NCBI GenBank assembly: GCA_030390025.1
Contig: CM059432.1
Coordinates: 127,784,001-127,848,000 of the forward strand
Direction of reading: 5' to 3'
Source of the DNA: Squalus acanthias
Taxonomy: Eukaryota
Length of the DNA: 64,000 bases
A program made the position numbers and the translations under genes. Within the stretch, counting starts at the first letter, position 1; each line of letters starts with the position of its first letter. A model generated the notes under the pieces. The model did not search any database and was not told the origin of the DNA. It saw only the letters and a program-made list of their open reading frames with translations. Below, piece by piece: positions 63,540-64,000 of this stretch.

Positions 63540-64000
63540 TGGATGTGAATTTCACTGGGTGTTTTCCACTTGTCAGCGTCCATCCTCATAAGTCCTGCCA
63601 GACTCCTCGTGGCCGTTAAGGCTGCTGAAAGACCTTTTAGCGGCAGCACTCACTGGTGTGATTTAGCGTGGGCGGCAATGCGAGCAGGAACTCCAAAATG
63701 GATAAACTGGCATCAATTCGGCATCAACTCGCTCCAACTCATTAAAATACGCTCGCCGATGACAGGCAATGGCAGCGCTGCCAAACTGCATAAAATGGCG
63801 GCCGCCGCGGGACCCGCCACCAGTTGGCGGAAGAGCGCCAGCCGCCGTTTTTTCGCCATTTTAACCCACCTTGTCCAGCGGTAACAGGGCAGGCGCGCAA
63901 TTAAAATAGCTGTCCAAAGACTTAACAGACCGTTCCCACTCAAAATCCCACCCATCGCCATCTTAACTGGGTCCTACTTTTAGGCGGCAGTCTGGCTTTT
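63540..64000. mobile_element. Probable GC-rich MITE running past the window edge
   Basis: CpG-rich block with GGCGGC/GCCGCC motifs, starting abruptly in AT-rich DNA. Termini not resolved. Confidence 0.35.

Overview
This is eukaryotic, transposon-dense vertebrate DNA, most likely from a cartilaginous fish (shark or ray), inferred from HE1-like V-SINEs, SacSINE1/AmnSINE1-like DeuSINEs and abundant CR1/L2 LINEs. I could not confidently identify any host protein-coding gene, RNA gene or CRISPR array. The window is dominated by PIF/Harbinger DNA transposons. There are two near-full-length two-gene elements (32800-36970 and about 46088-52860), each with a DDE transposase convergent with a 3-exon Myb/SANT-like gene, plus several older remnants and many MITEs with 3-bp A/T target-site duplications (TSDs). 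It also holds four solo LTRs with 4-bp TSDs, three 5'-truncated Tx1/L1-like 3' ends with long TSDs and conserved hairpins, a hAT-Charlie MITE, many CR1/L2 fragments and a 41-bp minisatellite. The most notable points are: an 11.5-kb nest built inside one CR1 copy; two Harbinger lineages that each pair a distinct Myb protein with a distinct subterminal motif; a possible target preference of the Tx1-like family; and a transposase one codon away from an open frame. All calls were made by eye from the sequence, with no database searches.
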